A program made the position numbers and the translations under genes. DNA of 64,000 nucleotides from Candidatus Nanopelagicales bacterium (GTDB lineage: Bacteria > Actinomycetota > Actinomycetes > S36-B12 > CAIYMF01): positions 164,442-228,441 of the forward strand of contig JBBRAQ010000002.1 of NCBI GenBank assembly GCA_038206635.1, written 5' to 3'. This document shows positions 20,135-29,787 of the stretch, piece by piece. A model generated the notes under the pieces. That model did not search any database, was not told where the DNA came from, and saw nothing but the letters and a program-made list of their open reading frames with translations. How positions within the stretch are numbered: position 1 is the stretch's first letter; the number at the start of each line of letters is the position of its first letter.

Positions 20135-22654
20135 TCAGAGGCGGTTGACGTCGGTGAGCGTGAGCACGGCCTCGCCGGCCTCGTCGGACGCCGCGAGGTC
20201 GACCAGGGCGGAGATCCCCCAGTCGTTGTCGCCGGCCGGGTCGTCGAGGATCTGCCGCACTGCCCAGTAGCCGGGCCGCTCCTCGATGAGGAGCTTCGCC
20301 GGACCGCGGGCATCCGGGCCGGTTCCGATGTCGCGGTGCTCCTCGAAGTACGGCTCGAGCGCCTCGCGCCACACGTCCGCGCCCCAGCCGTCGGCCGAGT
20401 CGAGCTCGCCCAACGCGTACCAGTTGCGTCGTGCCGCCAGTTCCACCCGGCGGAACAGCTCGTTGCGGACGAGCACCCGGAAGGCCCGCGTGTTGGTCGT
20501 GACACGCGGCGGCGCGCTGAGGATCGGTGCCGGTCCGCTGCCGTCGTCGTCGGTGCCGGCTCGCAGTCGCTCCCACTCGTCGAGCAGGCTGGAGTCGACC
20601 TGGCGCACGAGTTCGCCGAGCCACTCGATGATGTCCTCGAGCTCCTCGGTGCGAGACGCGTCCGGGACGATCTGGCGCAGGGTGCGGTAGGCGTCGGCGA
20701 GGTAGCGCAGCACGAGGCCCTCGGACCGCGCGAGCTGGTAGAAGCCGACGAGCTCCACGAAGTTCATCGCCCGCTCGAACATGTCGCGCACGACCGACTT
20801 GGGACGCAGCTCGTAGTCGGCGACCCACGGGTGACCACCCTTGTAGATCTCATACAGCGCATCGAGCAGGTCAGCGAGCGGACGAGGCCAGGTGACGTCC
20901 TGGAGCAGCTCCATCCGCTCGTCGTACTCGATGCCCTCCGACTTCATCGCCGCGACGGCCTCGCCGCGGGCTTTGTGGGCCTGCGCGTAGAGGACCTGTC
21001 GGGGGTTCTCGAGGATCGACTCGACCACCGACACGACGTCGAGGGCGTACGTCGGGGCCTCGATGTCGAGCACGTCGAGAGCGCCGAGCGCGAACGGCGA
21101 CAGCGGCTGGTTGAGCGCGAAGCTGTCCGGCAGGTCGATGGTCAGGCGGATCGTGCGGCCGTCGGGCTCGGGCTCGGCGAGACGCTCGATGACGCCGCCG
21201 GCGAGCAGCGACCGGTAGATCGCGATGGCTCGTCGGATGTGGCGGCGTTGGGTCTGCGCGTCGTCGTGGTTCTCGGTGAGCAGACGGCGCATCGCAGCGA
21301 CCGGGTCGCCGGGCCGGGCGATGATGTTGAGCACGGTGGAGTGCGTGACGCTGAACTGCGAGGTGAGGGTCTCCGGATCGGAGCTGACGAGGCGGTCGTA
21401 CGTCGGCTCACCCCAGGAGACGAAGCCGTCGGCGGGCTTCTTGCGCACGACCTGACGGCGCTTGCGCGGGTCGTCGCCCGCCTTGGCCAGCGCCTTCTCG
21501 TTCGCGATCACGTGCTCGGGCGCCTGCACGACGACGCCACCAGCCTCGTCGAACCCCGCACGGCCCGCACGGCCCGCGATCTGGTGAAACTCGCGCACCT
21601 TGAGATGACGGACCTTGACGCCGTCGTACTTGCTCAAGCCGGTGAACAGCACGGTGCGGATCGGCACGTTGATGCCGACGCCGAGGGTGTCCGTTCCACA
21701 GATGATCTTGAGCAACCCGGCCTGCGCGAGAGTCTCCACGAGCCGCCGGTACTTCGGGAGCATGCCCGCGTGGTGGACGCCGATGCCGTGCCGGACGAGG
21801 CGCGACAACGTCTTGCCGAACCCGGCGGTGAACCGGAAGTCGCCGATGAGCTCGGCGATGCGGTCCTTCTCGGCTCGCGTGCAGACGTTGATGCTCATCA
21901 GCGCCTGGGCGCGCTCGATCGCCGACTCCTGGGTGAAGTGCACGACGTAGATCGGCGCCTGCCCCCCGGCCAGCAGCTCCTCGATCGTCTCCTGCAGCGG
22001 CGTCAGGACGTAGGAGTAGTAGAGCGGCACGGGTCGCTCCACCGAGCTCACCAACGACGTCGGCCGCCCGGTCCGCATCGTCAGGTCCTTCGTGAAGAAC
22101 GTGACGTCGCCGAGGGTGGCCGACAGCAGCAGGAACTGCGACTGCGGCAGCTCGAGCAGCGGCACCTGCCACGCCCAGCCGCGATCGGGCTCGGCGTAGA
22201 AGTGGAACTCGTCCATCACCACGAGGCCGATGTCGGCCGCGCTTCCGGTGCGCAACGCGATGTTCGCCAGCACCTCGGCCGTGCAGCAGATGATCGGGGC
22301 GTCCGGGTTCACGCTCGCATCACCGGTGAGCATCCCGACCTTGTCGGCGCCGAACGTGTCGCACAGCGCGAAGAACTTCTCCGACACCAGGGCCTTGATC
22401 GGCGCGGTGTAGAAGCTGCGCCGTCCACCGGCGAGGGCGATGAAGTGCGCAGCGGTCGCGACGAGGCTCTTCCCGGACCCGGTCGGTGTGGCGAGGATGA
22501 CGTTGGCGCCGGTGATGAGCTCGAGCACGGCGTCCTGCTGCGCCGGGTACATCGACAGGCCCTGGCCCTGCGTCCAGGTGGTGAACGCGTCGTAGAGCGA
22601 GTCCTCGTCCGGGACGTCGGGCATCAGCTCGGCGAGCGTGGGGATGGCGGTCAT
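20135..22654 (-). CDS. SF2 DEAD/DEAH-box helicase (Ski2-like, DUF3516-type C-terminus)
   Basis: TPTGSGKS, APIKALVSEK, DEFH, SAT, HHAGMLP, QIAGRAGRAG. Confidence 0.92.
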   Translation of the reverse strand: MTAIPTLAELMPDVPDEDSLYDAFTTWTQGQGLSMYPAQQDAVLELITGANVILATPTGSGKSLVATAAHFIALAGGRRSFYTAPIKALVSEKFFALCDTFGADKVGMLTGDASVNPDAPIICCTAEVLANIALRTGSAADIGLVVMDEFHFYAEPDRGWAWQVPLLELPQSQFLLLSATLGDVTFFTKDLTMRTGRPTSLVSSVERPVPLYYSYVLTPLQETIEELLAGGQAPIYVVHFTQESAIERAQALMSINVCTRAEKDRIAELIGDFRFTAGFGKTLSRLVRHGIGVHHAGMLPKYRRLVETLAQAGLLKIICGTDTLGVGINVPIRTVLFTGLSKYDGVKVRHLKVREFHQIAGRAGRAGFDEAGGVVVQAPEHVIANEKALAKAGDDPRKRRQVVRKKPADGFVSWGEPTYDRLVSSDPETLTSQFSVTHSTVLNIIARPGDPVAAMRRLLTENHDDAQTQRRHIRRAIAIYRSLLAGGVIERLAEPEPDGRTIRLTIDLPDSFALNQPLSPFALGALDVLDIEAPTYALDVVSVVESILENPRQVLYAQAHKARGEAVAAMKSEGIEYDERMELLQDVTWPRPLADLLDALYEIYKGGHPWVADYELRPKSVVRDMFERAMNFVELVGFYQLARSEGLVLRYLADAYRTLRQIVPDASRTEELEDIIEWLGELVRQVDSSLLDEWERLRAGTDDDGSGPAPILSAPPRVTTNTRAFRVLVRNELFRRVELAARRNWYALGELDSADGWGADVWREALEPYFEEHRDIGTGPDARGPAKLLIEERPGYWAVRQILDDPAGDNDWGISALVDLAASDEAGEAVLTLTDVNRL

Positions 22655-22777
22655 GTGACGCCATCGTCCCGCGTCGCGCCGCCTTCGCGAAACCGGTGGG
22701 TCCGCGTGGTCGGGGCCGGCCTCGCGCAGTCACGGCCGAAGGGCCGCATAGCCCGGGACTTGCTTTCAAGACACCTT

Positions 22778-22787
22778 CGATATATCG
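22778..22787. promoter_or_regulatory. Putative PadR operator
   Basis: Perfect palindrome CGATATATCG about 35 bp upstream of the PadR start. Confidence 0.55.
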
Positions 22788-22820
22788 TTACCGTCATAGA
22801 TACAACCAAAGGAGAACACC

Positions 22821-23420
22821 ATGTATCCCATGCATCCCTCGAAGATGCGCGACCAGAACCCTTCCGGTCACCACTTCCACCACCCGTCCGAAGACTTCGC
22901 GCCCGGTGAGGGCCGCCGCCGAGGCGGGCCCCACGGAGGTCGTCGAGGTCCCGGCGGACGCGGTCGCGTTCCCCGCGGCGACGTCCGAACCGCCGTCCTG
23001 CGACTCCTCGACGAGGAGCCGATGCACGGCTACCAGCTCATGCAGGCCATCGCCGACCGCAGCGGCGGTCGATGGACCCCGAGCCCCGGCGCGATCTACC
23101 CGGCGCTCAACCTCCTCGAGGACGAGGGGCTCGTGACCGTCGCTGCCGAGTCGGGCCGCAAGGTCGCCACCCTCACCGACGCCGGCCGGGCCCAGGTCAC
23201 GGAGAACCGAGACGTGTGGCCCGACCCGTTCTCCGGGTTCGCCGAGACGAGGTCCGGACCCGACCTGCGGTCACTGCTCGAGCAGCTGCACGGCGCCACC
23301 CGCCAGGTCGGACGCGCGGGCACCACCGAGCAGGTTGCTGCAGCCGCGGAGATCCTGTCCACCGCGCGGCGGCAGATGTACCTGCTGCTCGCCGACGGAC
23401 CGGAGACCGGCGAGGAGTGA
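22821..23420 (+). CDS. PadR-family transcriptional regulator
   Basis: RGDVRTAVLRLL..PMHGYQLM, PSPGAIYPALNLLEDEG; AAGGAG ribosome-binding site. Confidence 0.92.
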   Translation: MYPMHPSKMRDQNPSGHHFHHPSEDFAPGEGRRRGGPHGGRRGPGGRGRVPRGDVRTAVLRLLDEEPMHGYQLMQAIADRSGGRWTPSPGAIYPALNLLEDEGLVTVAAESGRKVATLTDAGRAQVTENRDVWPDPFSGFAETRSGPDLRSLLEQLHGATRQVGRAGTTEQVAAAAEILSTARRQMYLLLADGPETGEE

Positions 23421-23497
23421 CCAGCTCACCGCGATCGACCGGGACGACCACGCGACGCACCCCGCGTCCTCCAGGACGCGGGGTGCGTCGCGCCCCG

Positions 23498-24607
23498 TCA
23501 GGCGTGAGTCGCGAGACGGAAGAGGAGCTCGCTGCTGCCGATGCGGATGCGGTCGCCGTCGGCGAGGCGGTGCCGGGTGACCTCGGCGTCGTCGACGCGC
23601 GTCCCGTTGCTCGACCCGAGGTCGACGAGCTCGTAGCCGTCTCGCACCGGGCGCAGCTCGGCATGGCGTCGTGACACCTTCGGGTCCGACAGCACGACCT
23701 CACACTCGGGGTGCCGCCCGAGAACACAGGTGCGCGATCCGAGCTCGATGGGCACACCGTTGGGCAAGGTGAGCGTCGCACCGCGAACGCCACGGTCGTC
23801 GTGCGTCATCGTCGTGGCTACGTCGACAGATCTGTGCCACACGTCCAGGGCGAGGTCCTGACGCAGGACCGCTCCGTGCAGCGTGCGCAGGGGGAGGCCA
23901 GGTTCGAGACCGAGCTCGTCACGCAGCAGCGCCGCCGTCCCCCGGTAGGTGGCCAGCGCGTCCGCCTGGCGACCTCCGCGATACAACGCCAGCATGAGCT
24001 GCCCGGCGAGGCGTTCGTCCAACGGATGGGCGGACAACGCCTCCTCGAGCTCCGGCGCCAGCGTCAGGTGTCGGCCGAGCTCGAGCTCGACGTCGTAGCA
24101 CTCGTGTCGCAGCGCGCCCAGTCGGCGGTCGATCGGGACGAGCAGCGGAGCAAACGACGGGATGTCCGCGAGATCGGCCAGTGCCGGTCCGCGCCACAGC
24201 GACAGCCCGTATCGCAACAGGTGGGCCGCTGCCGTGAGATCACCTGCAGCACGGCGTTCGCGGGCCTCGGCCAGCACGTCCTGGACCTGCTGGAGGTCGA
24301 GCTCGCCAGCGTCGACGTGGAACCGATAGCCGGGACGCACCCACTCGAGGCGCTCGTCGTCGGGATGGTCGGGATCGCGCAGGATCTTTCGCAGTGTCGA
24401 CACATACGCCTGCAGCGATCCGATCGAGCCCTCGCCGTCGCCGGAGCCCCACACATGCTCGACCACGCGCGACGCCGGCACGAGCTTCCCGGCGTCGAGC
24501 AGCAGAAGCCCGAGGACGCTCCGCTGCTTGGGCCCGCCGAGGGTGAGCGACTCGCCATCGCGCCGCACCTCGAGCGGGCCGAGCACGAGGAACTTCCAGC
24601 TGGTCAC
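23498..24607 (-). CDS. SARP regulator (winged HTH + BTAD) with C-terminal FHA domain, EmbR-like
   Basis: VLGPLEV...LGGPKQRSVL, LQAYVSTLR, LWRGPALAD, HPLDERLAGQLMLALYRGGRQADAL; FHA GRHPEC..VSRRHA..DLGSSNGT; GTGA overlap with the kinase stop. Confidence 0.9.
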   Translation of the reverse strand: MTSWKFLVLGPLEVRRDGESLTLGGPKQRSVLGLLLLDAGKLVPASRVVEHVWGSGDGEGSIGSLQAYVSTLRKILRDPDHPDDERLEWVRPGYRFHVDAGELDLQQVQDVLAEARERRAAGDLTAAAHLLRYGLSLWRGPALADLADIPSFAPLLVPIDRRLGALRHECYDVELELGRHLTLAPELEEALSAHPLDERLAGQLMLALYRGGRQADALATYRGTAALLRDELGLEPGLPLRTLHGAVLRQDLALDVWHRSVDVATTMTHDDRGVRGATLTLPNGVPIELGSRTCVLGRHPECEVVLSDPKVSRRHAELRPVRDGYELVDLGSSNGTRVDDAEVTRHRLADGDRIRIGSSELLFRLATHA

Positions 24608-26445
24608 TGCTTGGACCCCACGCCGAGCGCCAGCGAGGTCCCAGCGGCGACGACTCTGCCGCGGGGCAGTGACTGCGCAACCACCCGACCCACGGCTGTC
24701 GTAGCGACCTGCTTGTACGTCGTCGACGCCAGCCCCAGCGCCCGCAGGGACGAGCGAGCCGGCGCGACACGGCGTCCCGTCACGTTGGGCACGGTCACGC
24801 GAGCCGTCGCCCAGACCGACACGGCTGTGCCGTTGGCGCTCCGTACCTGCCAACGGTAGGTGACGCCCGATGCCGGGGCCGGCACCGCTATGCGCGCGTT
24901 CAACCCACCCGTCGAGAGCGCTGCTGTCGTGACGCCGTTCTGCGGTCCACCGACGACGGTCCACCTCACGGAGTACGTCGTCGGCACCGGGCCGCTCGTC
25001 GGTGCCGCCCACGACAGCGTCAACGTCACTTGGCTCGGTACTCCCCCTGAGCTGGCAGTGACAGTCGGCGAGGCTGCCCGCACGGTGCGAGGCACCGCCG
25101 GGACCGGGTCGGGGGTCGGCGACGGATGCGGGGTGGTCGCGGGTGTCGCGGGGGTCGCGGGGGTCGCGGGTGTCGCCGACGGGCCAACGCGAACTGTGTG
25201 CTGCGAGGACGAGGCGGGTGCGGAGCTCGAGCGACCCGGGCTCGGAGTCGAGAGGTGCGACGCGGACGGGCTCGCTGTCGTCGCGCTGCTCGGGCTCGAG
25301 GACGGACGCGATGTCGAACCACCGGAGGACGGCGTCGGCGCGGCAGCCACCGAGGACCCGTCGGCGCTGTGGGACACGACGAGGCCGAGCGCCACGACGG
25401 CGGCTCCGGCGACCAGGGCCCATGCGTTGACCCGACGACGAGACCGAGGCTCGCCGGTCGCCGAGCCGGGCGCGCGGACGGTCGTCTCATCGGCCGTGGA
25501 GGAGTCCCATCCCGTGATCGTGTTGTCACCGGGGTACGCCGACGGGGTCTGCGACATCGCTTGCAGGAGAACGGGAACGGTCGCGGCCGCCATGCCGGGA
25601 AGCAGCAGCGGCGGAGTCGGCGCAACCAATCCCTCCGCAGCGAGGGCGTCGTGCAACGCCATGCCGAAAGCCTCCGCCGAGACAGGCCGATCGGCCGGGT
25701 CTTTCGCCATCCCGCACTCGATGGCCGTACAGATCGAGTCGGGCACCCCGGTGGGACGCAGGTCCGGCACGGGTGCGCTCGCGATCCTCGCCAGCAGGGG
25801 CACCATCGTCTCATCGGCCGCCGCCACGAACGCCGCGTGTCCAGCGAGCGCTGCGTACAACGTCGAGGCGAGCGAGTAGACATCCCCGGAGACACCGCCG
25901 CGCCCTCCCGCGACGACCTCCGGCGCCGCGTAGGCCAGCGTCAACGTGACCGAACCCGTCGACGTGCGAAATGCGCCCGGGACGGCGGCGATGCCGAAGT
26001 CGACCAGCTTGGGTGACCCGAGTCCGTCGAAGAGCACGTTCTCCGGTTTGACGTCTCGATGGGTGATGCCCGCGCGGTGCGCGGTCTCCAGGGCCCCCGA
26101 CAGCGCCACGCCCCAGGTCGCTACCGACTGCCACGCCGAGGGGCCGGCCGTGACGGTGTCGGCCAGGGAGCCACCGGGCAACAGCTCCATCGCGAGGTAG
26201 CCCGAGCCGTCTGCAGTGAGACCGCAACCGAAGACCGTCGCGATGTTGGGATGACCGCCGAGGGCGGCGAGAGCCTGGCACTCACGGGCGAACCGGCCGA
26301 ACGCCTCGGTGTCACCGCGGATGTCGCTGAGCACCTTCACCGCGACCGCACGACCGAGGTCGACCTGTCGTGCACGGTAGACGGTTCCGAACCCGCCGCG
26401 ACCAAGCTCGGCGAGGTCGGCGAGGCCGGCGATCAGCGGTGCCAC
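24604..26445 (-). CDS. Hanks-type Ser/Thr protein kinase with transmembrane helix, FN3-like and PASTA-like C-terminus
   Basis: LGRGGFGTVY, VAVKVL, HRDVKPEN, DFG, APE; transmembrane segment; Ser/Pro/Thr linker; VTVPNVTG...VVAQS PASTA-like end. Confidence 0.9.
   Translation of the reverse strand: MAPLIAGLADLAELGRGGFGTVYRARQVDLGRAVAVKVLSDIRGDTEAFGRFARECQALAALGGHPNIATVFGCGLTADGSGYLAMELLPGGSLADTVTAGPSAWQSVATWGVALSGALETAHRAGITHRDVKPENVLFDGLGSPKLVDFGIAAVPGAFRTSTGSVTLTLAYAAPEVVAGGRGGVSGDVYSLASTLYAALAGHAAFVAAADETMVPLLARIASAPVPDLRPTGVPDSICTAIECGMAKDPADRPVSAEAFGMALHDALAAEGLVAPTPPLLLPGMAAATVPVLLQAMSQTPSAYPGDNTITGWDSSTADETTVRAPGSATGEPRSRRRVNAWALVAGAAVVALGLVVSHSADGSSVAAAPTPSSGGSTSRPSSSPSSATTASPSASHLSTPSPGRSSSAPASSSQHTVRVGPSATPATPATPATPATTPHPSPTPDPVPAVPRTVRAASPTVTASSGGVPSQVTLTLSWAAPTSGPVPTTYSVRWTVVGGPQNGVTTAALSTGGLNARIAVPAPASGVTYRWQVRSANGTAVSVWATARVTVPNVTGRRVAPARSSLRALGLASTTYKQVATTAVGRVVAQSLPRGRVVAAGTSLALGVGSKQ
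25132..25176. repeat. 9-bp tandem repeat encoding (PAT)n in the kinase linker
   Basis: Four to five copies of GGGKGTCGC. Confidence 0.7.
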
Positions 26446-26771
26446 GGTCGGGAGCCCCCTCTCGGCTGTCGGACGTGCTCAGACTAGGCGGCACCGGGGA
26501 GCTGGCCGGGTGAGGCTCACCGCCGACAGGTCGGACCCCAGCAGCATCGAGGCCCGGATCGAAGGATCGCTTGGAGCCGGCTTAAGCCCCACTGTGACGT
26601 TTGTCGCATGAGGCGGACGGGGTGGGAGCGCCGGATTCGGGGCCGAACTCCGCCGGCGTCCTCGGTCGTCCCAGCGGCCTTAAGCGGACTCGAAGTGGGC
26701 CTTCAGCAGCCCGCCCGATGCTCCATGGGACCGGGTGGAGAACCGTCCGGCATCCTGAGAGGACTCGACCC

Positions 26772-27605
26772 ATGATCGCCTCGACCCGCTTTCTGCGCCG
26801 GGCCGGTATCGGCGCCGGCCTCGTGCTGGCACTGGCCCTCCCTGCCACCGGCGTCGCGAACGCCACCACCGTCAGCTCCACCACCGCGCACGTCAGCGCC
26901 ACGACGCGCCACGATGCAGTCGTCACTCTCAAGAAGTCCCTCGCCAAGGCGGCGCTGGACTACAACAAGGCTGTCGCCGGTGCCCAGCGGGCCTTCAGCC
27001 AGGACCCGACCGTGATCCTCGCCAAGTCCCAGCGCGCGACCATCGTCGGCACGTCGACCGACCCGGCCCTCATCCTCGCGGCCAACCAGGCGTATGCCGG
27101 CTCCGTCGCGGGCGCGGCGCAGACGCGCGCCGCGTCGATCGACGCGTCCCGCACCGCTCGTTTCGCGGCGGTCGACGCGGCGTGGGCGACCTACGACCTC
27201 GTGGTCAATCCTGCCAACGCCATTGCCCGCAACGCTTTCCGCGCGGCCATGCGCAGCGCCAACTACGAGCTGCGTACCCACGTGAGTGCCGCGCACGGGG
27301 TGTTCCGCCACTCGACGGCGGCTGCTCACGCGCAGCTGCGTGCGTCCATCAACGGTGCCATCGCGACGTACCAGGCCAGCGGCAAGACGCCTGCTGATCT
27401 CACGACCTTCAGCGCTGCGATCGCGACCGCTCGAGCGGCGTTCCAGCACGACGCCGCAGTGGTGGCCGCACGCACGGCGCGTCACACCGCGATCCACGCC
27501 TCATGGGTGAGCTACGGCAAGGCCGTGCGGGCCGCTCGCGTTGCGTTCCACAACGCGACGGGCCACTGGCCGCACGCGACCCGGATCGTGCTGCCCAAGA
27601 TCTGA
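26772..27605 (+). CDS. Secreted Ala-rich helical hypothetical protein
   Basis: Signal peptide ending ANA; Ala-rich amphipathic helices; GAGG ribosome-binding site. Confidence 0.7.
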   Translation: MIASTRFLRRAGIGAGLVLALALPATGVANATTVSSTTAHVSATTRHDAVVTLKKSLAKAALDYNKAVAGAQRAFSQDPTVILAKSQRATIVGTSTDPALILAANQAYAGSVAGAAQTRAASIDASRTARFAAVDAAWATYDLVVNPANAIARNAFRAAMRSANYELRTHVSAAHGVFRHSTAAAHAQLRASINGAIATYQASGKTPADLTTFSAAIATARAAFQHDAAVVAARTARHTAIHASWVSYGKAVRAARVAFHNATGHWPHATRIVLPKI

Positions 27606-27676
27606 CCGGCCCCGGCCGACCTGATCGACACCAGCACGGTGTCCGAGCGCGACCGCGGTCAGATGCACCGATGAAC

Positions 27677-27722
27677 GCCGAGAGAGGCGGACGAGCTCCC
27701 CAGCTCGTCCGCCTCTCTCGGC
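27677..27722. terminator. Long perfect hairpin
   Basis: GCCGAGAGAGGCGGACGAGCT-CCCC-AGCTCGTCCGCCTCTCTCGGC (21-bp stem). Confidence 0.7.
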
Positions 27723-27864
27723 AGAAGGCGATCCCGACCCCGATGGGGGAGTTGTCCCGGTATGCCGTTGCCGAGCATCAAGGCCACACCGACGCCCGGA
27801 CCGTGGGAGCCTCGGGGGCGAGCTGTCGCCGACCGGGCGGCACGCAGCAGCGGGGGCGGACGAC

Positions 27865-29280
27865 GTGTCGGAGACAGCCAACGGGGACAGGGTCCAGGCC
27901 TACGCTGAGGACGCCTTGGGACGCGACGACATGGTCGGTCTGCTGCAGCGGCTCACCCGACGTGAGGTGTCGGCCGCCGAGCTCCACGTCGCCGCGGCCG
28001 CCCGTGCGCGTGCGGTCAATGCGCACCTGAACGCCGTGACGACCTGGGTCGAGGTACCGGTGAGCATGGCGCCCGTCGCCGCTGACGCTCCACTGGGCGG
28101 CGTCCCGACGCTGATCAAGGACAACGAGGACCTTGCCGGCTTTCCCTCGTCGCACGGGTCCCGGGCCCTACCCGACCGCCCCGCCGAGTCGTCGTCGACC
28201 TGGGTGACCCAGTTCCTCCAGCTGGGAGTCACGCCCATCGCGAAGACGACGCTCTCGGAGTTCGGGCTGACCGCGAGCACGGAGACCATGCGGTTCGGGG
28301 CGACCCGCAATCCCTGGGACACCGGCCATTCGACCGGGGGGTCCAGCGGTGGCTCGGCCGCGCTCGTCGCCGCCGGCGTCGTACCGATCGCCCACGCGAA
28401 CGACGGTGGCGGGTCGATCCGCATTCCGGCCTCGTGCTGCGGGCTCGTCGGGCTGAAGCCGTCGCGTGGGCGGCTGGTCGACCTGCCTCCGCGCATCCCG
28501 GTGAACCTGACCACACAGGGAGTGCTGACCCGAAGCGTGCGCGACACCGCTCGCTACCACGCCGAGGCGGAGAGGCTCCGCCGCGCCCCAGGGCTGCCGG
28601 AGATCGGCCTGGTCGAGGGAGCCTCCCCCACGCGCCTGCGCGTCGGGGTCGTCCTGACCGCTCCGATGGGTCTCCCGGTCAGCGAGGAGGTCACCGCAGC
28701 GGTCCGCGCGGCAGGCACGTTGTGCACCGACCTCGGGCACCACGTCGAGGAGATGACCTACCCGATCGACGAGCGGTTCGCGCCGGACTTCCTGCGCTAC
28801 TGGGCCCTGCTCGCGTCGCTGCTGAAGAACCTCGGTCACCTCGAGTTCGGTGACGGCTTCGACGGCGCACTGACGGAGGTCTTCACCGGGGGCCTCAGCA
28901 ACCTGGCGCGCGAGCAGGCAGTGCTCGTCCCGGGGTCGCTCCGGCGGCTCCGGCAACTGGCACGGGCGCACGAAGACGCCTTCGCGGACTACGACATCGT
29001 CCTGTCACCGGTCCTCGGGCACGCGCCGCCGCCCATCGGCCACCTCGGTCCCGAGGTCGAGTTCCGCACGCACCTGCTCCGTCTGCTCCGCTACGCCTCG
29101 TTCACGCCGGTCCAGAACGTGTCGGGCTCGCCTGCGATCTCCCTGCCCCTGGGCCGGTCCTCCACCGGGCTGCCCATCGGAGTGCAGGCGGCGGCGCCGT
29201 TCGGCCACGAACGCCGGCTGCTCGAGCTGGCGTACGAGTTCGAGGAGGCCGCGCCGTGGCCGATGCTCTGGTCGGCCTGA
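27865..29280 (+). CDS. Amidase-signature family amidase
   Basis: GVPTLIKD, TGGSSGGSAA, DGGGSIRIPASCCG. Confidence 0.92.
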   Translation: MSETANGDRVQAYAEDALGRDDMVGLLQRLTRREVSAAELHVAAAARARAVNAHLNAVTTWVEVPVSMAPVAADAPLGGVPTLIKDNEDLAGFPSSHGSRALPDRPAESSSTWVTQFLQLGVTPIAKTTLSEFGLTASTETMRFGATRNPWDTGHSTGGSSGGSAALVAAGVVPIAHANDGGGSIRIPASCCGLVGLKPSRGRLVDLPPRIPVNLTTQGVLTRSVRDTARYHAEAERLRRAPGLPEIGLVEGASPTRLRVGVVLTAPMGLPVSEEVTAAVRAAGTLCTDLGHHVEEMTYPIDERFAPDFLRYWALLASLLKNLGHLEFGDGFDGALTEVFTGGLSNLAREQAVLVPGSLRRLRQLARAHEDAFADYDIVLSPVLGHAPPPIGHLGPEVEFRTHLLRLLRYASFTPVQNVSGSPAISLPLGRSSTGLPIGVQAAAPFGHERRLLELAYEFEEAAPWPMLWSA

Positions 29281-29306
29281 CGTCGGCCCGGTCGAGCAGC
29301 GTCGCC

Positions 29307-29702
29307 CTAGTCGAGCAGCGTCGACGCGTCCTGCGGAGTGTCCACCGAGCACTCGACGAGGGCAGCCGCTGGGACGACGTCGAGAGCCGCGACGTTCGTG
29401 GCCCGCAGGACGACAGGCCCCTTGACCCCGGCGGCGTAGGACTGGAACCACCGTCCGGCGCACACGGCCCAGCGGTCACCCGGGACGAGGCCCGGAAACC
29501 CGTACTGAGGCATAGGAGTCACGAGGTCGTTGCCCGACTGGCGCTGATGGTCGAGGAACTCGGCGGTCACGACCGTGCATACCGTGTGCGAGCCGACGTC
29601 GTCGGGGCCGGTGTTGCAGTACCCATCGCGATAGAAGCCGGCCACCGGGTCGAGGCTGCACACCTCGAGCGGCTCCCCGTGGACGTTGAGCTGAGGATCC
29701 AT
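29307..29702 (-). CDS. DUF2237-family protein
   Basis: NVHGEPLEVCS, GFYRDGYC, GNDLVTP, GLVPGDRWAVC. Confidence 0.85.
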   Translation of the reverse strand: MDPQLNVHGEPLEVCSLDPVAGFYRDGYCNTGPDDVGSHTVCTVVTAEFLDHQRQSGNDLVTPMPQYGFPGLVPGDRWAVCAGRWFQSYAAGVKGPVVLRATNVAALDVVPAAALVECSVDTPQDASTLLD

Positions 29703-29787
29703 GCCCACAGCCTAGGTGTGGACAAGGCCGCCGAGGCCACCCGAGGGCCGGCCCGACCGCTGTCGCGGCGGGAGTTCTCGTGGGGGT

